The position numbers were made by a program, and so were the translations under genes. Below, in pieces: positions 43,683 to 54,955 of a stretch of 61,258 nucleotides of DNA. The stretch is from a virus (lineage: Duplodnaviria > Caudoviricetes). Location of the stretch: positions 1 to 61,258 of IMG/VR virus record IMGVR_UViG_3300035204_001041; one strand, 5' to 3'. The notes beneath the pieces were generated by a model, which saw nothing but the letters and a program-made list of their open reading frames with translations, had not been told where the DNA came from and searched no databases. The stretch's first letter is position 1. The number at the start of each line of letters is the position of its first letter.

Positions 43683-46600
43683 CTAGATCTCCTCTTCAAA
43701 CTTCACTGCTACATCACCAACTTGGTACCACTTGCTTGTGTTTTCATCATACGCCCAGCCTACATTCTGGTTGTTAGTGCCGGACATAAACCGGCAGTAC
43801 ATTGTGTTTTCGTTTGTTGGGCCGCTGGTATCCAAACAAAGCACCATTGGGTTTTCCGAATAACCAGCAACCTCACTGATCATAGACCTCAAGCTTTCCC
43901 TCCAACGATCTACATCGCCCACAACCTTGCCCGTCAAAACTTTCCTTGGGTCGCCTTGCTTATACGCGGTTCTAATCCCGCTTTTTGAGGTGTAAAGAAC
44001 CACATTTCCAGCCTGGGCATCGGTCATTGCCCAATCCATCGGTACGGTAAATGGCAACGTAAGGCCAGCGACAATGTTGCTGATCTTGAAATAACCTTCA
44101 GGTGGGTTGGGGTTGGTTGCAGTTGTTCCGCCAGAAGTCATGGCCAACGTCATTTCGTTGTATTCCATGTCTTGGTCAAAGAAGAAGGTTTTATTTCCGC
44201 TGTAAATGTGGAGTGTAGAAAGCACACTTACTGCATTTTGCATAAGCGTATTCAAGCCAGAGATAGCAATCCAGTTGCCCCTATTTCCAGAAATCTGGTA
44301 AGAGGTCTTGTTTCCGTTTAGTGCTTCAATGTCTACATACTTTCCAGCCAACTCATTTTCTCTCCACTTAGCTGCATCGTTGTACGGCACACTGAACGAA
44401 AGCTTTGTGTTGCTTGTTCCTGCTGCACCCTGATCGCCTAAGCTAACAATAGAGCTTGTGTATTCAGTGAAGTCGATAGAGAAGCTTGTGCTCGCACCTG
44501 GGTATTGGTAGCTGAGCGTCATATTGCGAGTGTTAGCCCCCCACACACTAAACGCTCTATGCACAAAGCTGTGCATGTAACCGTCATTGCTGGCTTGCCC
44601 TGCCCGCCATGCCAGTGTTTCTGTAGAACCCCCTCCAAGATTATTGGAGCGCCACTCATACTTCTTAGAAGCAAGTGGTAAGCGATCAATCCCATATTGA
44701 AAGTCGATCTTGCCTGTGTAGGTGTCTCTGACCATGGCAGAGTTACCGCCCCACCTAGCCTTCACACCCTGAGCCAACCCCTGGCCCCAAGGGGCGCATG
44801 GAAACCCTCGATTGTTAGCGGTTTCATTAAAATCAACCTGCGAGAGAGAGCCGCCTTGGTTTAGGCGAGAAATAAGAAACTGCGACCACTCCGAAATTAC
44901 TGGTGTGGAGCCACCTGTTGGTGTTGGGCCAATGCCTAAGCTTCCAAACCATACAGCCTCTTGCTCGTTAGGATTGTTAGACATTGTCTCGTAAGACAAA
45001 GTCAACAGCCCTGAAGAAACCCATTGCGGGTACCGAACACCATGAAGGCCAACGATTAGCTCACAGTATTGGTTGGTTGTTCCGGCCCCACTATTACGAT
45101 GCTTGTCATCATACAGTGCTAGCCTACAATCCATTGTCGCGTTGTACGAAGCCTTAGTAAGCGCGTACAAAGACGTACCGGCTACACTGTCGTAAACGTG
45201 GAATACAAAGTTGCTTCCACTTCTAACCATGTCCACAGTAACGACTGCTTGGCGAGTAGCACCAACCGTACCGTTGAAGCTATTGACAATACGAGCAGAC
45301 ACGCCTGTGATTGGACCATTAGGTGCTAAAGCAGAGGTAGAGCTAGTAGTTGCTGTCCATGTTGGGCTTGCTGGTGACAAACCATCTGGCATTTGATTTA
45401 GATTGATAGTCCACGCAATAAGCCCCCTGCTACCAATGCTTTGAGTCAAACCTGACGTAGCATTTTTAGAAAAAATCTTATACAGGTTGGATCTGTTGTT
45501 CACATTGTCGATGTCGCTAGTGATTTCAAGCAGCAAGTCCTCACTGTCAATCTCGATAGTTGCTGCGCCTGCGCCTGAAGCTACTTGCTGGGCTGTCCAA
45601 AAACGATTCGCAGCAACAGGCATTGTTGCCGCTGTTGCAGAGCCATCAGGGCACCCCATAGAGGCATTCCAATAAGCACAAGCCATGCCTTGGGGGAATG
45701 GTGCCCTCCATTCATTTTCTGCTCTTAGCGGCCTATATGACCAACCGCCCCACTCTAAAACACGAGTCCCAGTAAGGGCTGTACTTTGATCAGCAGAATC
45801 ATAAACCCGGTGCCCGGTAATGATCCGATCACCTGCCCAAACACCACGAATGAATGTTGGAGTATAGGCTTGTGATCCATTCATTCCAAGATAGTCACGC
45901 TGCTCAGAGTTGGAGTACGATCCCCACGATCCAGCAGTATGGTTGGTCACATTGTAATTTGGTGCGCCATCATTCTTATAGACTGAAATGTCTTCTAAAC
46001 GATCAATGGGGATGATTCTAGAAGTAAGCCCATGCCACCCTAAATCAGTTAGGTTTCCAGACGAAGCGTCGTAGCTTGGCAAGTAAGAATTACCAAACAC
46101 GAAAACGTCGGAAGGCCCTGCCACTGCACAGAACGCTTGAGGGACGTATAGGTTGTTCTTTACCGTATAGTTAGTGGCAAGGTAAGAGACAGGGGAAGCC
46201 ACTTCCTCCATTTTCCCATCTCTAAATGCAGTAAAAACCGCAACTTCCCTAGACCCATAAGTAGTGCCAGGGCTTGGTCCCCATTGCGCAGCATACATAA
46301 TGAAGGTCCCATCACCAGCAGGGGATCCGCAAATGCTAAAAACTTTCTCTACATCTGCCAATGCACTACTGCTCAGGCTTCCAGGGAAGCCTTGCTTTTC
46401 CCTCACACCAGCATTTGGATCTTGGTTTCCTGTAGAGGAATCTACACCGTAGACATTCTTCCACGAAGCTCCACGGTTTGAAGAGGCAAGTGCATAAAAG
46501 CCTCTCTCATTAGAAGAGATCCCGACCTCGACAAGCCCCATGTAAAACCAGTTTCCAGAAACGGCGACTTGGAATGCATCTAAAGTCCTGTACCCTTCAA

Positions 46601-48728
46601 AGTAATTTTGAATGATCCCATCTTCTTCAAACAACCAGTTTAGGCCGCCATCTGTAGAAGTGTATCGGGCAATGTCGTACCAATCACTAACCCAGGCCGT
46701 ACCAGATTCCGCTGCCGGGGTTGTATACCCGATGAACATATGCATGACGCCATCATCAGTCTCTACAATACTCAGGCCCCAAGTGGAACTAATGTCAGCC
46801 ATGTAGTTGACTGTGTTTGTTCCAGAAGTTTCTAAGTTTCTATTAGTAAGCAAACTTAGCTTGGCAAAGCTGAAAACAGACTCGTACCCACTGTCATAAG
46901 TGCCGTACATGCTGTTGTTTTTGTATGCTATTTCAATCTGGTTGTTCCTAAGCCGGTAGAACAGCACCCGATCATATTGCGTGGAATAAGCTACCTCTAA
47001 AAACTTGCCTACCCCTCCGCCAGCGCCAAGCGTGCCTGTACCCTCGGCAAATGGTTCATAAGCAACCCAGGGCAGTTTAGGGTCGTCGTACCCCATGTAG
47101 AAGCTTGCAGACGGGTTTGCAGGGAATTCTTTAAATCCCCACAACCACTCTGCATCTTCAAGAAGTCCGCCACTTTGGGCTATTCTCAAGTTTAGGTCTT
47201 GCGGTGTCCTATAAACAGTCGGGCCTTGATCTTCTAGCCATGTGCCCTGAAGGAAGGCAAGCATATTCCCGTCGTTGATTGCATCCGGGTAAGAAGAACC
47301 AGGGTATGGCCCACGCTGCGTAAAGCTGTACCCAATCGTTGCTGTAGTGTCGTACTTGTTGTCTTTCAATAGCTCAGGATCTTGAAAGATAAGTGCGCTT
47401 TTGGGTGATGTATCTGTTCGGGTAGAAGCTTTTAGCGCACGCCTTTTCTTATTCCAAAGAACCTCTGAGGTGAGGCTATACAGGTGATTCCTGTCGCCTA
47501 AGCCGCCCCCTCCAACAAAAGTGACATCAACAACTAAGTTGGCATGATCAATATCAGAAAGCTCAATGACATCAGTTCCAAGCCAGCCTGATCCATAAGG
47601 AATAACTTGCATTAGGATAGCGGAAGACGTACCACCGTATGCTTCTGTTTGGGTGGATACCCCGTATTCACCACTAGCTGCCTTCTGGCTGCCATCTCTT
47701 GTTAGAGATGCACCGACTGTAGTAGAAGCACTGTGCCCTGTAATGGGCGCACAAGCATTTACAGCGACAATAGTAGGCGGAGTGTAGTCAGTATTAATCA
47801 CTGCCGAAGCAGGCTTTACATTCACCTTTATAGACAAAGTGCCTGCATCAATACAGTCTGCACTCGTAGTGGTGTTGATCGTAGTAAGCGCAGTCAACAC
47901 TGCTGCATCTGTTGCTGTGCTCGCCTGGTCAGTAAAAGAGCCACGGTTGACAATGCGTTGTGTTGGCAAACCGAAAATATAGTGATCGAGGTTAGTAGGA
48001 TCATCGAAAGACGAGTTTACATCAGCAAAGATCTCTGACTCGTTATGAACCACCACGTCATCAATATAGAAGTTTTGGACACTGGTAGTCCCTGGCCACC
48101 CAAACTCAAATGTTTCCCATGTTGCGGAACTGCCACTGTCTGTTCGCTTGTGCTCAGTGACCCCATTGATAGCAAGCCTGTAATAGCGTGTAGTTAAATA
48201 CTGATATGCCCCGAAAGTAATCCAATACCACTTCCCTTTTTCCAGGGGCGTAGGGACAGTTTTCCCAGTAGCACCGCTTCCGGTGTTGTTAAGGGAAATG
48301 CCAAGCGCATAATCGCCTGTGCTTGTCGCAATAGGCATAAGTGAGGGGCCTGGTGCAGTACCATCAGCCGTTGTCCTAATAATGCAAAGGGGATCATTTG
48401 CAGTGCTGGCATCTCCATCAGCCCTAAAAGCAAACGAGACAGTAAAAGACTGAAATGATTGGGCAGTTCCACCAGACGACATGCGAATAGACTGTGGGCC
48501 TACTGTTTGATTGGTCCTGTCGAGCTTCAAGGAGTACTTACTAGATGCGCCACCCGTGGCACTACCAGCGCTGTGGACAACGGTAGAAGCAAAGTCCGGG
48601 TAGTTTCCAGATCCGTCATCTGTGACGCGCCAACCAGAAGCACCATACGCACCACCAGTCGCAATAGCGTTTAGGTAAGCGTCATACGCATGACCAGTTT
48701 CAAATCCATGATGCCAGATCCAGCCCAT
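43683..48728 (-). CDS. Large multidomain tail protein (LamG-like + Asp-box beta-propeller + possible distal-tail C-terminus)
   Basis: 1681 aa directly after the tape measure; GKWYWI...INGV...YIDDVVV; Asp-boxes YTSTDGGLNW and SSNRGASW. Confidence 0.7.
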   Translation of the reverse strand: MGWIWHHGFETGHAYDAYLNAIATGGAYGASGWRVTDDGSGNYPDFASTVVHSAGSATGGASSKYSLKLDRTNQTVGPQSIRMSSGGTAQSFQSFTVSFAFRADGDASTANDPLCIIRTTADGTAPGPSLMPIATSTGDYALGISLNNTGSGATGKTVPTPLEKGKWYWITFGAYQYLTTRYYRLAINGVTEHKRTDSGSSATWETFEFGWPGTTSVQNFYIDDVVVHNESEIFADVNSSFDDPTNLDHYIFGLPTQRIVNRGSFTDQASTATDAAVLTALTTINTTTSADCIDAGTLSIKVNVKPASAVINTDYTPPTIVAVNACAPITGHSASTTVGASLTRDGSQKAASGEYGVSTQTEAYGGTSSAILMQVIPYGSGWLGTDVIELSDIDHANLVVDVTFVGGGGLGDRNHLYSLTSEVLWNKKRRALKASTRTDTSPKSALIFQDPELLKDNKYDTTATIGYSFTQRGPYPGSSYPDAINDGNMLAFLQGTWLEDQGPTVYRTPQDLNLRIAQSGGLLEDAEWLWGFKEFPANPSASFYMGYDDPKLPWVAYEPFAEGTGTLGAGGGVGKFLEVAYSTQYDRVLFYRLRNNQIEIAYKNNSMYGTYDSGYESVFSFAKLSLLTNRNLETSGTNTVNYMADISSTWGLSIVETDDGVMHMFIGYTTPAAESGTAWVSDWYDIARYTSTDGGLNWLFEEDGIIQNYFEGYRTLDAFQVAVSGNWFYMGLVEVGISSNERGFYALASSNRGASWKNVYGVDSSTGNQDPNAGVREKQGFPGSLSSSALADVEKVFSICGSPAGDGTFIMYAAQWGPSPGTTYGSREVAVFTAFRDGKMEEVASPVSYLATNYTVKNNLYVPQAFCAVAGPSDVFVFGNSYLPSYDASSGNLTDLGWHGLTSRIIPIDRLEDISVYKNDGAPNYNVTNHTAGSWGSYSNSEQRDYLGMNGSQAYTPTFIRGVWAGDRIITGHRVYDSADQSTALTGTRVLEWGGWSYRPLRAENEWRAPFPQGMACAYWNASMGCPDGSATAATMPVAANRFWTAQQVASGAGAATIEIDSEDLLLEITSDIDNVNNRSNLYKIFSKNATSGLTQSIGSRGLIAWTINLNQMPDGLSPASPTWTATTSSTSALAPNGPITGVSARIVNSFNGTVGATRQAVVTVDMVRSGSNFVFHVYDSVAGTSLYALTKASYNATMDCRLALYDDKHRNSGAGTTNQYCELIVGLHGVRYPQWVSSGLLTLSYETMSNNPNEQEAVWFGSLGIGPTPTGGSTPVISEWSQFLISRLNQGGSLSQVDFNETANNRGFPCAPWGQGLAQGVKARWGGNSAMVRDTYTGKIDFQYGIDRLPLASKKYEWRSNNLGGGSTETLAWRAGQASNDGYMHSFVHRAFSVWGANTRNMTLSYQYPGASTSFSIDFTEYTSSIVSLGDQGAAGTSNTKLSFSVPYNDAAKWRENELAGKYVDIEALNGNKTSYQISGNRGNWIAISGLNTLMQNAVSVLSTLHIYSGNKTFFFDQDMEYNEMTLAMTSGGTTATNPNPPEGYFKISNIVAGLTLPFTVPMDWAMTDAQAGNVVLYTSKSGIRTAYKQGDPRKVLTGKVVGDVDRWRESLRSMISEVAGYSENPMVLCLDTSGPTNENTMYCRFMSGTNNQNVGWAYDENTSKWYQVGDVAVKFEEEI

Positions 48729-48738
48729 TTAAACCTCT

Positions 48739-51700
48739 TTAGCTCTGGCTGGAAAAGCGGCCCCTAAACAAGCCAACTTTAGCACCAGATGCTCTCCTCA
48801 AGTCTTTCTTAAGTGATGGTGTATTTCCTCGCTTCCCTGCTGTGTAAAGTACATCATCAAGGGTCTTACCTTCTGCAACCACTGTGACGCGGAGATCACC
48901 GCCCCCACCGCCGCCAGCACCAGCCACCTGCAAAGCAGAGCCAATAGCATCAACAAACCCTGGAACCATTTCAAGGCTCATTTGGGGTGCAGTGGACGGC
49001 CCCACACCCAAGCCAGTGAAGGCGTTTCCAATCTGGGCCACTAGATCCGCAGGGGTCTTGGCAGCCAGGAAAAGATCGTTAGGCGCAAAGCGAGCCATCG
49101 TTCCCTTACCGCCAGCAGACATGACGCCCGGTGTGTCTTCATACTCTTCAGGGTTGAAGGTCTTTGTTTTGGCTTTTCCAAGAGTCAGGATTTCTGTGAC
49201 CATGTCTTTGAGCATTTGCCAAAGACCACCAAACAAATCCACAAAGAACTGTTTGATGCCGCTAAAAACGTCACCCCAACTGAAGTTATCAATCCAATCT
49301 GTGAAAAGGCCAAAGAACGCACCAACCAGTTGTTTGCCCTGTTCCCAAACGGAGGCCAACACGCGCGGAATAAAAGCGATCACTTCATTGATCAGGATCG
49401 GGACCAGCTTAACTACTGCGTAAATAAGAGATGGCATGAGCTTTACTGCTGCTGCCACCAACATCGGGAGTGCGCCGATAATAGCGATAATAAGATCAGG
49501 AATCGCTTGAATGACGGCTTCAACAAACGCAGGCAGCGCATAGATTAGCTGCTCTATGATGCCCGTCGTACCCATGATAAGTGTAGTGACAAGCCCAGGA
49601 AGCGCTTTAGTAATCACCTGAATTAATGCTGGGAGCGCCTTGGCTATTGCGCCCGCACCTTTCGCAAGGGCATCAAAGAAGGCCGTAATAATATCAGGCA
49701 ACGCTGCTACGATTTGGTTGATAAACTGAGGCAGCAAGCCAACCACATATGTAAACGCATCCCCCAAGAACGTGAGAAGCATAGGCAGGTTATCTAAAAT
49801 AGCCTGCAAGATTTTGGGGACTTGATCGACGATTGCAATGATGAAATTTGGAAGGCCAGCTACTAGCGCCTGTAAAATTGGGCCAATAGAGCCAACTATT
49901 GCATCAATCACAATGCCTATGTTTGATGCAAAGGCTTGCAGTAAAACAGGGATGTTGTCTGCAAGGGTCTTTACAAACGATGGGATCTGCGTTGCGATTT
50001 CTTGAAGAATCATCGGCAGTCCGGCAACCAGATCTGAGAAGAAGCTTGCTGCGTTAGCGAACTGCTCGGCAATCTTCATTGCACCAGCTTCACCAACACT
50101 TCCAGGCATGCCTGCTAGCTTGCTTTTAGCTGCTGCAAGCTCAGCGCCTTCTAGTTCACCACTTGAAATCTGGGCTTGAAGATCAGCCCGCTCCTGCATT
50201 AAATCGCGTGCTTCACCAAGTGTTGCCAGTACATCAATGTTGAGGCCAGTGTATTTGGCGACAGCATCTAAGACCTTATTCCAGGCACCGGCTACTTGGT
50301 CTACAACCTTCTTTACGCCACCAGCAACACTCTTGAAAACCCCCAGGGTTTTGGTAGCTACAGAAATGGATCTGGCGATGACTGCGCCACCTTCATCTAC
50401 AACATCGAACAAAGCAACAACGGCAGGGTGTACTTCTGCGTCGAAGAAGTCTAAAACTTGTTTACCGTATTTGAATATGGGCGCTAGAGCACCCAGTACG
50501 GCTTCACGCATGCCTTCCGGTAAAGCCTGAAGGGTGTCGTTGAACTGCTTCATGGCCGCAAGCTTGGCCTCAAGCATTTCCTTTTCAGCATCGAGTGCGG
50601 CTTGAAGCATGGCCCTTAAAGCGTCGTCTTGAATGGCCTCTGCTTGCTGCCACTCTTTTTCAATCTCTATCAGGCGTGCTTGTTCATTTTGGCCAAGCGT
50701 TTTGTGTGCCTCAAGCTGAAGGCGCTCTTCTAGCTCAAACAACTCATCTTGCTGCCTAAGCCTTGTGGTGCTCAGTAGCTCTGGGTTCTCCTTCCTTACT
50801 TCCTCAAGTTCTTTCTGGTGCTGCCTTTCTAATACAACCCTTTCATTTAAGGAATGCATTTCCAGGGAATTCCACCTTTCAATCTCTGCTTCGTGGGCTT
50901 CTCGCTGAATCTCAGCGATTCTTTCCTGTGTGGCTAACTCCGCTGCCGCTCTAGCCTCTCGGTAACGGCCCTCTACTCTCCATCTTTGTTCCTCGTTGTC
51001 TTCAACGAGCGCGAAAGCAAACTTGAAGTGGTCCTCCATGTCCCTCAAAGTTTTCTTAAGCTCTGCCCGCTCTCGATCCTGGGCGCCCATCTTTGCATCA
51101 AAGATTTCTTGTGCAGCCTCCTCTTGGATTTCTACCCAATCTGTGGCGACTCTAAGTGCGTGGGTTGCTGCAAGCGTTTCAGAGTCGGCTTCCAGTTGAG
51201 CTTGAAGCTCAAGGTATTTGCGGCTCCCCTCACGACGAAGCTTCATAGCTTCTTCAAATACCTCTTCGAGATCTGCTAGTTCTCGTTGAAACGAAAGCTT
51301 CCTTTCACCTACGCTATCTCTCAGGAACTCTGCATTTGCATCCTGCCAATCTTCTAAAATCTTTTTGCGCTTTTTGTTGAGCGCATCAAGAGCAGACTCC
51401 CATTTCTTCAGCCACTCTTTCCTTGCGGCATCTGCGGCATCTGATTCTGCTTTTTGCGCTTCGGCAGCCTGATCAATTCGCTGCCTGGCGATTCGGGCTA
51501 GTGCGCTTTTCCAGTTTGATTCCAGATTTCTTATTGTTTGGTTGTTTTGGCTTTCTAGTACAGCAATTTGGCTTTGGTAAATCTGTACCTGAGCGCCAGT
51601 GATTGCGTCAACAGTGGCCTCAATGCCAAGAGCTATCTTTTGGGCTGCGGTGAAGTGTCTGATGTCAAAGATTTTTTCGGCATCAAAATCTTCGGCTCGG

Positions 51701-53883
51701 GCAAACCTATCTAGCCAACGCCCAACGCTTGCGTACTGGTCATCAAATTCAAGAGTTAGCCTTGCGAGAGAATCTCTATAGTTTTGCAAAGCCGCCGTGG
51801 AATCAGAGAGTTTCTCCATATGCGCAATCACCTCTTCAGGATTCATTGCGTCATAGAGATTTTCACCTTCCTCCGCTGCTGCTGCTAGCTTCTCTTCCCA
51901 CTTGACGGCATCAAATGCCTCTGCGGCTACTTCACTCACGTCTTTTAGGATTTCAATCCCTTGTACCCACTCACCGCCAATTACGGTTTGGTCACCCCAA
52001 TAAACGCCGATCATCTTGCCGGACTTGACCATTTCCGCCGCAGTATCTTGAGTCATGTCCAAGATGCGATCTAGGTTGCGCTTTGCTGTTGCGCTTAGCC
52101 GGTCATACATCCCCTCATCTTCAAGAGTGAGACGCGCTATTTGTTGAGCGCGCTCAAGCTCGTTTCCAACTTGCGTCTCTTGTGTCTTTTCGAACCGTTC
52201 AGCTTCCTGCCTAAACCTGCGGAGCGCAGTAGTCGCATCCATCAGATTTCGAGAAACGCCGCCGCCTATACCTGCTAGCCTTTTGAAACCGCCCCAAAGC
52301 TTCTTACCGACTTTGTAGGCACCGTAAGCAGCCACCCCGTAGACACCGGCCCGGAGAGCAACTTTCGATAGGCCGCCTGCCAGCCTGCCCATATTATAGG
52401 CGATGCCTTTACCTGCGCCCTTCTTCATAAACGCACCAAGCGCCCCCGCAGCGCCCGCGCCTGAGCTTGATGCTTGCAGCAGCCCCATGGCTACCGCTGC
52501 CTTGTTGACAGCAGTAACGAACGCCATGACTCTATTGACAGCAAAGATGGTAATCATCACCTTTGCGACTTCTTGCAGGATTGGAAGCCATTGCATGAAC
52601 TGCTGTATGACTTCAATCATAGCGACAATAAGGTTGTTTAGGCCATCACCCCACGTTGGCGCATTGATAATAAAATACGCCTCAATAGTCTCCATTGCTC
52701 TTGTCCAGGCATTCTCAGTTCCCTGGGCATCTTCAGCAATATCTTGTGAAACTGTATTGAATGCTTGGGCAATCGTACCCAGCATTCTGGTAAGAGGCTC
52801 TTGGTAGTTATCGAAGATTGAGAGCAGAATGTCTTGGAACGCTGACTTTACGATAACGGCTTGATCAAGGACGTTAGCGGTTGCTTTGCTGTACAGTCGC
52901 TCAGTTTCACCTGCCGATTGATCCAGCATCCTCAACAAGTCAGCGTAGTTATCCCTACCTTCTTGCGCAGCCTGGATAATGCCGAACATATTTGCACCAG
53001 CACGCTGGCCAAACAGAATTAATGCATCAGTAGAGGTGATGGTGGTTTCACCAAGATTATTAATAATCGCGCCAAAATCATGGAACTCTGGGTTTATGTC
53101 CTTCATGGACTTACCCAGTTTCCTCATCACCGCTTCTTTCTTTTCAGAAGTTACGGCAGCGGCTTGCATCGCCATACGGAAGTTTGTACCTGCCAAACTA
53201 CCTTCAAGACCAATGTTTCGGAACTGGGCAACAGCAGCCGTAGCTTGCTCAATATCCATACCGAATGCAGAACCAACAGTACCGGCGTACTTCATTGCTT
53301 CTCGCAAACTGTTGATATCCAACAACGAGTTTGTAAGCGCAACTGAGTAAACGTCAGTTATTCGGCTAGAATCCTCTGCGGTAATGTTGAACTGCGCCAT
53401 TGCAGAAGCAAGCATTTGTGCAGAAGTGGCTGCATCTGTTCCAGCAGCACCAGCAAACTTCAGTACAGTTTCGACGTTAGTTATAACGTCGGCAGCACTT
53501 TGACCTGTCCTAGCAAGGATCTGCATTGCCTGGGCAGACTGAGTTGCACTAAACATAGTAGTGCGGCCCATTTCACGAGCCTTCTCAGTCAGTTGCTCCA
53601 ACTCTTCCGCAGTGGAGTTAGTAATGGCACCCATAAATGCCATTTCGCGATCAAAGCGGGCACCTACGGCGGCACTAGCACCCATTAGGCCAGTGAAGCC
53701 AGCAGTAAGCCTCTTAATTGCACGCCCTGTGTGCTGATCAAGAGACTTACCAAGCTGTTTGCTTACTCTAGTTCCGGTTTTTCCGAGATTCGTTAAAGCA
53801 GAACTAGCTTGAGAAACGCCAGTAGTGAACTCTTTAGAAGAGAACTTAGCGATAATCTTCAAAGTGCTGGTTACGTCTGCCAC
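48739..53883 (-). CDS. Tail tape measure protein (TP901-family core)
   Basis: 1714 aa; KAREMGRTTMFSATQSAQAM..LARTG, EAMKYAG, GLEGSLAGT; long helical and 11-residue repeat regions. Confidence 0.95.
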   Translation of the reverse strand: MADVTSTLKIIAKFSSKEFTTGVSQASSALTNLGKTGTRVSKQLGKSLDQHTGRAIKRLTAGFTGLMGASAAVGARFDREMAFMGAITNSTAEELEQLTEKAREMGRTTMFSATQSAQAMQILARTGQSAADVITNVETVLKFAGAAGTDAATSAQMLASAMAQFNITAEDSSRITDVYSVALTNSLLDINSLREAMKYAGTVGSAFGMDIEQATAAVAQFRNIGLEGSLAGTNFRMAMQAAAVTSEKKEAVMRKLGKSMKDINPEFHDFGAIINNLGETTITSTDALILFGQRAGANMFGIIQAAQEGRDNYADLLRMLDQSAGETERLYSKATANVLDQAVIVKSAFQDILLSIFDNYQEPLTRMLGTIAQAFNTVSQDIAEDAQGTENAWTRAMETIEAYFIINAPTWGDGLNNLIVAMIEVIQQFMQWLPILQEVAKVMITIFAVNRVMAFVTAVNKAAVAMGLLQASSSGAGAAGALGAFMKKGAGKGIAYNMGRLAGGLSKVALRAGVYGVAAYGAYKVGKKLWGGFKRLAGIGGGVSRNLMDATTALRRFRQEAERFEKTQETQVGNELERAQQIARLTLEDEGMYDRLSATAKRNLDRILDMTQDTAAEMVKSGKMIGVYWGDQTVIGGEWVQGIEILKDVSEVAAEAFDAVKWEEKLAAAAEEGENLYDAMNPEEVIAHMEKLSDSTAALQNYRDSLARLTLEFDDQYASVGRWLDRFARAEDFDAEKIFDIRHFTAAQKIALGIEATVDAITGAQVQIYQSQIAVLESQNNQTIRNLESNWKSALARIARQRIDQAAEAQKAESDAADAARKEWLKKWESALDALNKKRKKILEDWQDANAEFLRDSVGERKLSFQRELADLEEVFEEAMKLRREGSRKYLELQAQLEADSETLAATHALRVATDWVEIQEEAAQEIFDAKMGAQDRERAELKKTLRDMEDHFKFAFALVEDNEEQRWRVEGRYREARAAAELATQERIAEIQREAHEAEIERWNSLEMHSLNERVVLERQHQKELEEVRKENPELLSTTRLRQQDELFELEERLQLEAHKTLGQNEQARLIEIEKEWQQAEAIQDDALRAMLQAALDAEKEMLEAKLAAMKQFNDTLQALPEGMREAVLGALAPIFKYGKQVLDFFDAEVHPAVVALFDVVDEGGAVIARSISVATKTLGVFKSVAGGVKKVVDQVAGAWNKVLDAVAKYTGLNIDVLATLGEARDLMQERADLQAQISSGELEGAELAAAKSKLAGMPGSVGEAGAMKIAEQFANAASFFSDLVAGLPMILQEIATQIPSFVKTLADNIPVLLQAFASNIGIVIDAIVGSIGPILQALVAGLPNFIIAIVDQVPKILQAILDNLPMLLTFLGDAFTYVVGLLPQFINQIVAALPDIITAFFDALAKGAGAIAKALPALIQVITKALPGLVTTLIMGTTGIIEQLIYALPAFVEAVIQAIPDLIIAIIGALPMLVAAAVKLMPSLIYAVVKLVPILINEVIAFIPRVLASVWEQGKQLVGAFFGLFTDWIDNFSWGDVFSGIKQFFVDLFGGLWQMLKDMVTEILTLGKAKTKTFNPEEYEDTPGVMSAGGKGTMARFAPNDLFLAAKTPADLVAQIGNAFTGLGVGPSTAPQMSLEMVPGFVDAIGSALQVAGAGGGGGGDLRVTVVAEGKTLDDVLYTAGKRGNTPSLKKDLRRASGAKVGLFRGRFSSQS

Positions 53884-53950
53884 TAGCTTATTCCCGGTTT
53901 ATTGGCTCAATGATAGCTGATTTCAAACCTTTAGTTCTGTACTAACTTTA

Positions 53951-54852
53951 TTAGAAATCAAACCCCGCTGATCGGATTGAGTTTATTAGTTCGCTTTCTT
54001 TTGCTGCCTTATTCTTTTGCGATGATTGCTTCTTTGCCCCAGTCTTTCCTTTTTTCATTGGTTTACCACCAAATGCTGTGTTGACCATTTCTGCAACCAT
54101 GTTCACCTGCTCCATCTTGTAAGAAAGAATGCAGTAGATGCATGTTTCAAGTTGTTGAACACTAAGGTCAAGAACATCGTCTAACGTCCAACCAGAGGAG
54201 AATAAGATGCCAAGTCCACGCTCTATATCCTCTATCCCTATTGGATTTCCGTTGCGTTCCGCCCCAGCACTGCTATCCCGCCCCCGATCTTCTTGATGAA
54301 CCTTTCGGAAAAAGGGACAAGAGCAGTAATCAAGTCCTCCATAGGCAGTACATCAAGGGGGTCTTGGCCCGCCAAAGCATTAGGGTAAGCAGCCGTAAAG
54401 ATCTCACCTAGCTTTTCCGAAATCACTTCATTCGTTGCTAAGGCAAGAATTCCATCTACGATATTAGAGCCGCCATCACTGCCCCATGCGCCAAGGGCTT
54501 CATTTATCGCGGGATCCGCAATCAACTCACGCATCAATCTAAAAACTTTCACTTGCTGTCGCGCAGCAATAGCTCCTGGGAGAGTAATCTTCTCTCCGGT
54601 GCAAGTTGTCAACTCTACCTGATCCGGTGGAACCAACTTAGCGAGCAAGTTTTCAATCTGTGTGAAGAACGCATTGTCTGCATTCATAAGATCTTGTGTT
54701 AGTTGCACCGTACCGTTTTCCCCCACGGGTGGGGTTGTGGTTTCAGTCTCGGTTCCTGTCTGTTCTTGCATATTCACCTCCTGGGCGTTGCATGACTGTA
54801 TCATTGTCGGCGCAACTGAATCAAGTGCGTCAGAAGCCCGCACAATGTTCAT
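53951..54852 (-). CDS. Tail assembly chaperone, -1 frameshift (GT-type) long product
   Basis: Slippery C CCT TTT at 54310-54316; the -1 frame is open to TAA at 53951. Confidence 0.75.
54238..54852 (-). CDS. Tail assembly chaperone (short product)
   Basis: Between tail tube and tape measure; true start probably the ATG after GGAGGTG near 54771. Confidence 0.8.
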   Translation of the reverse strand: MNIVRASDALDSVAPTMIQSCNAQEVNMQEQTGTETETTTPPVGENGTVQLTQDLMNADNAFFTQIENLLAKLVPPDQVELTTCTGEKITLPGAIAARQQVKVFRLMRELIADPAINEALGAWGSDGGSNIVDGILALATNEVISEKLGEIFTAAYPNALAGQDPLDVLPMEDLITALVPFSERFIKKIGGGIAVLGRNATEIQ

Positions 54853-54955
54853 AGCCTAAAGTTTAGGCGAGTACCACTGGGGCGCTATGCAAGAACAACA
54901 AAGGGGGCACTCGCGTCCGTTGCGAATGCCCCCACCTGCTGTCGGTCGTAAACTA

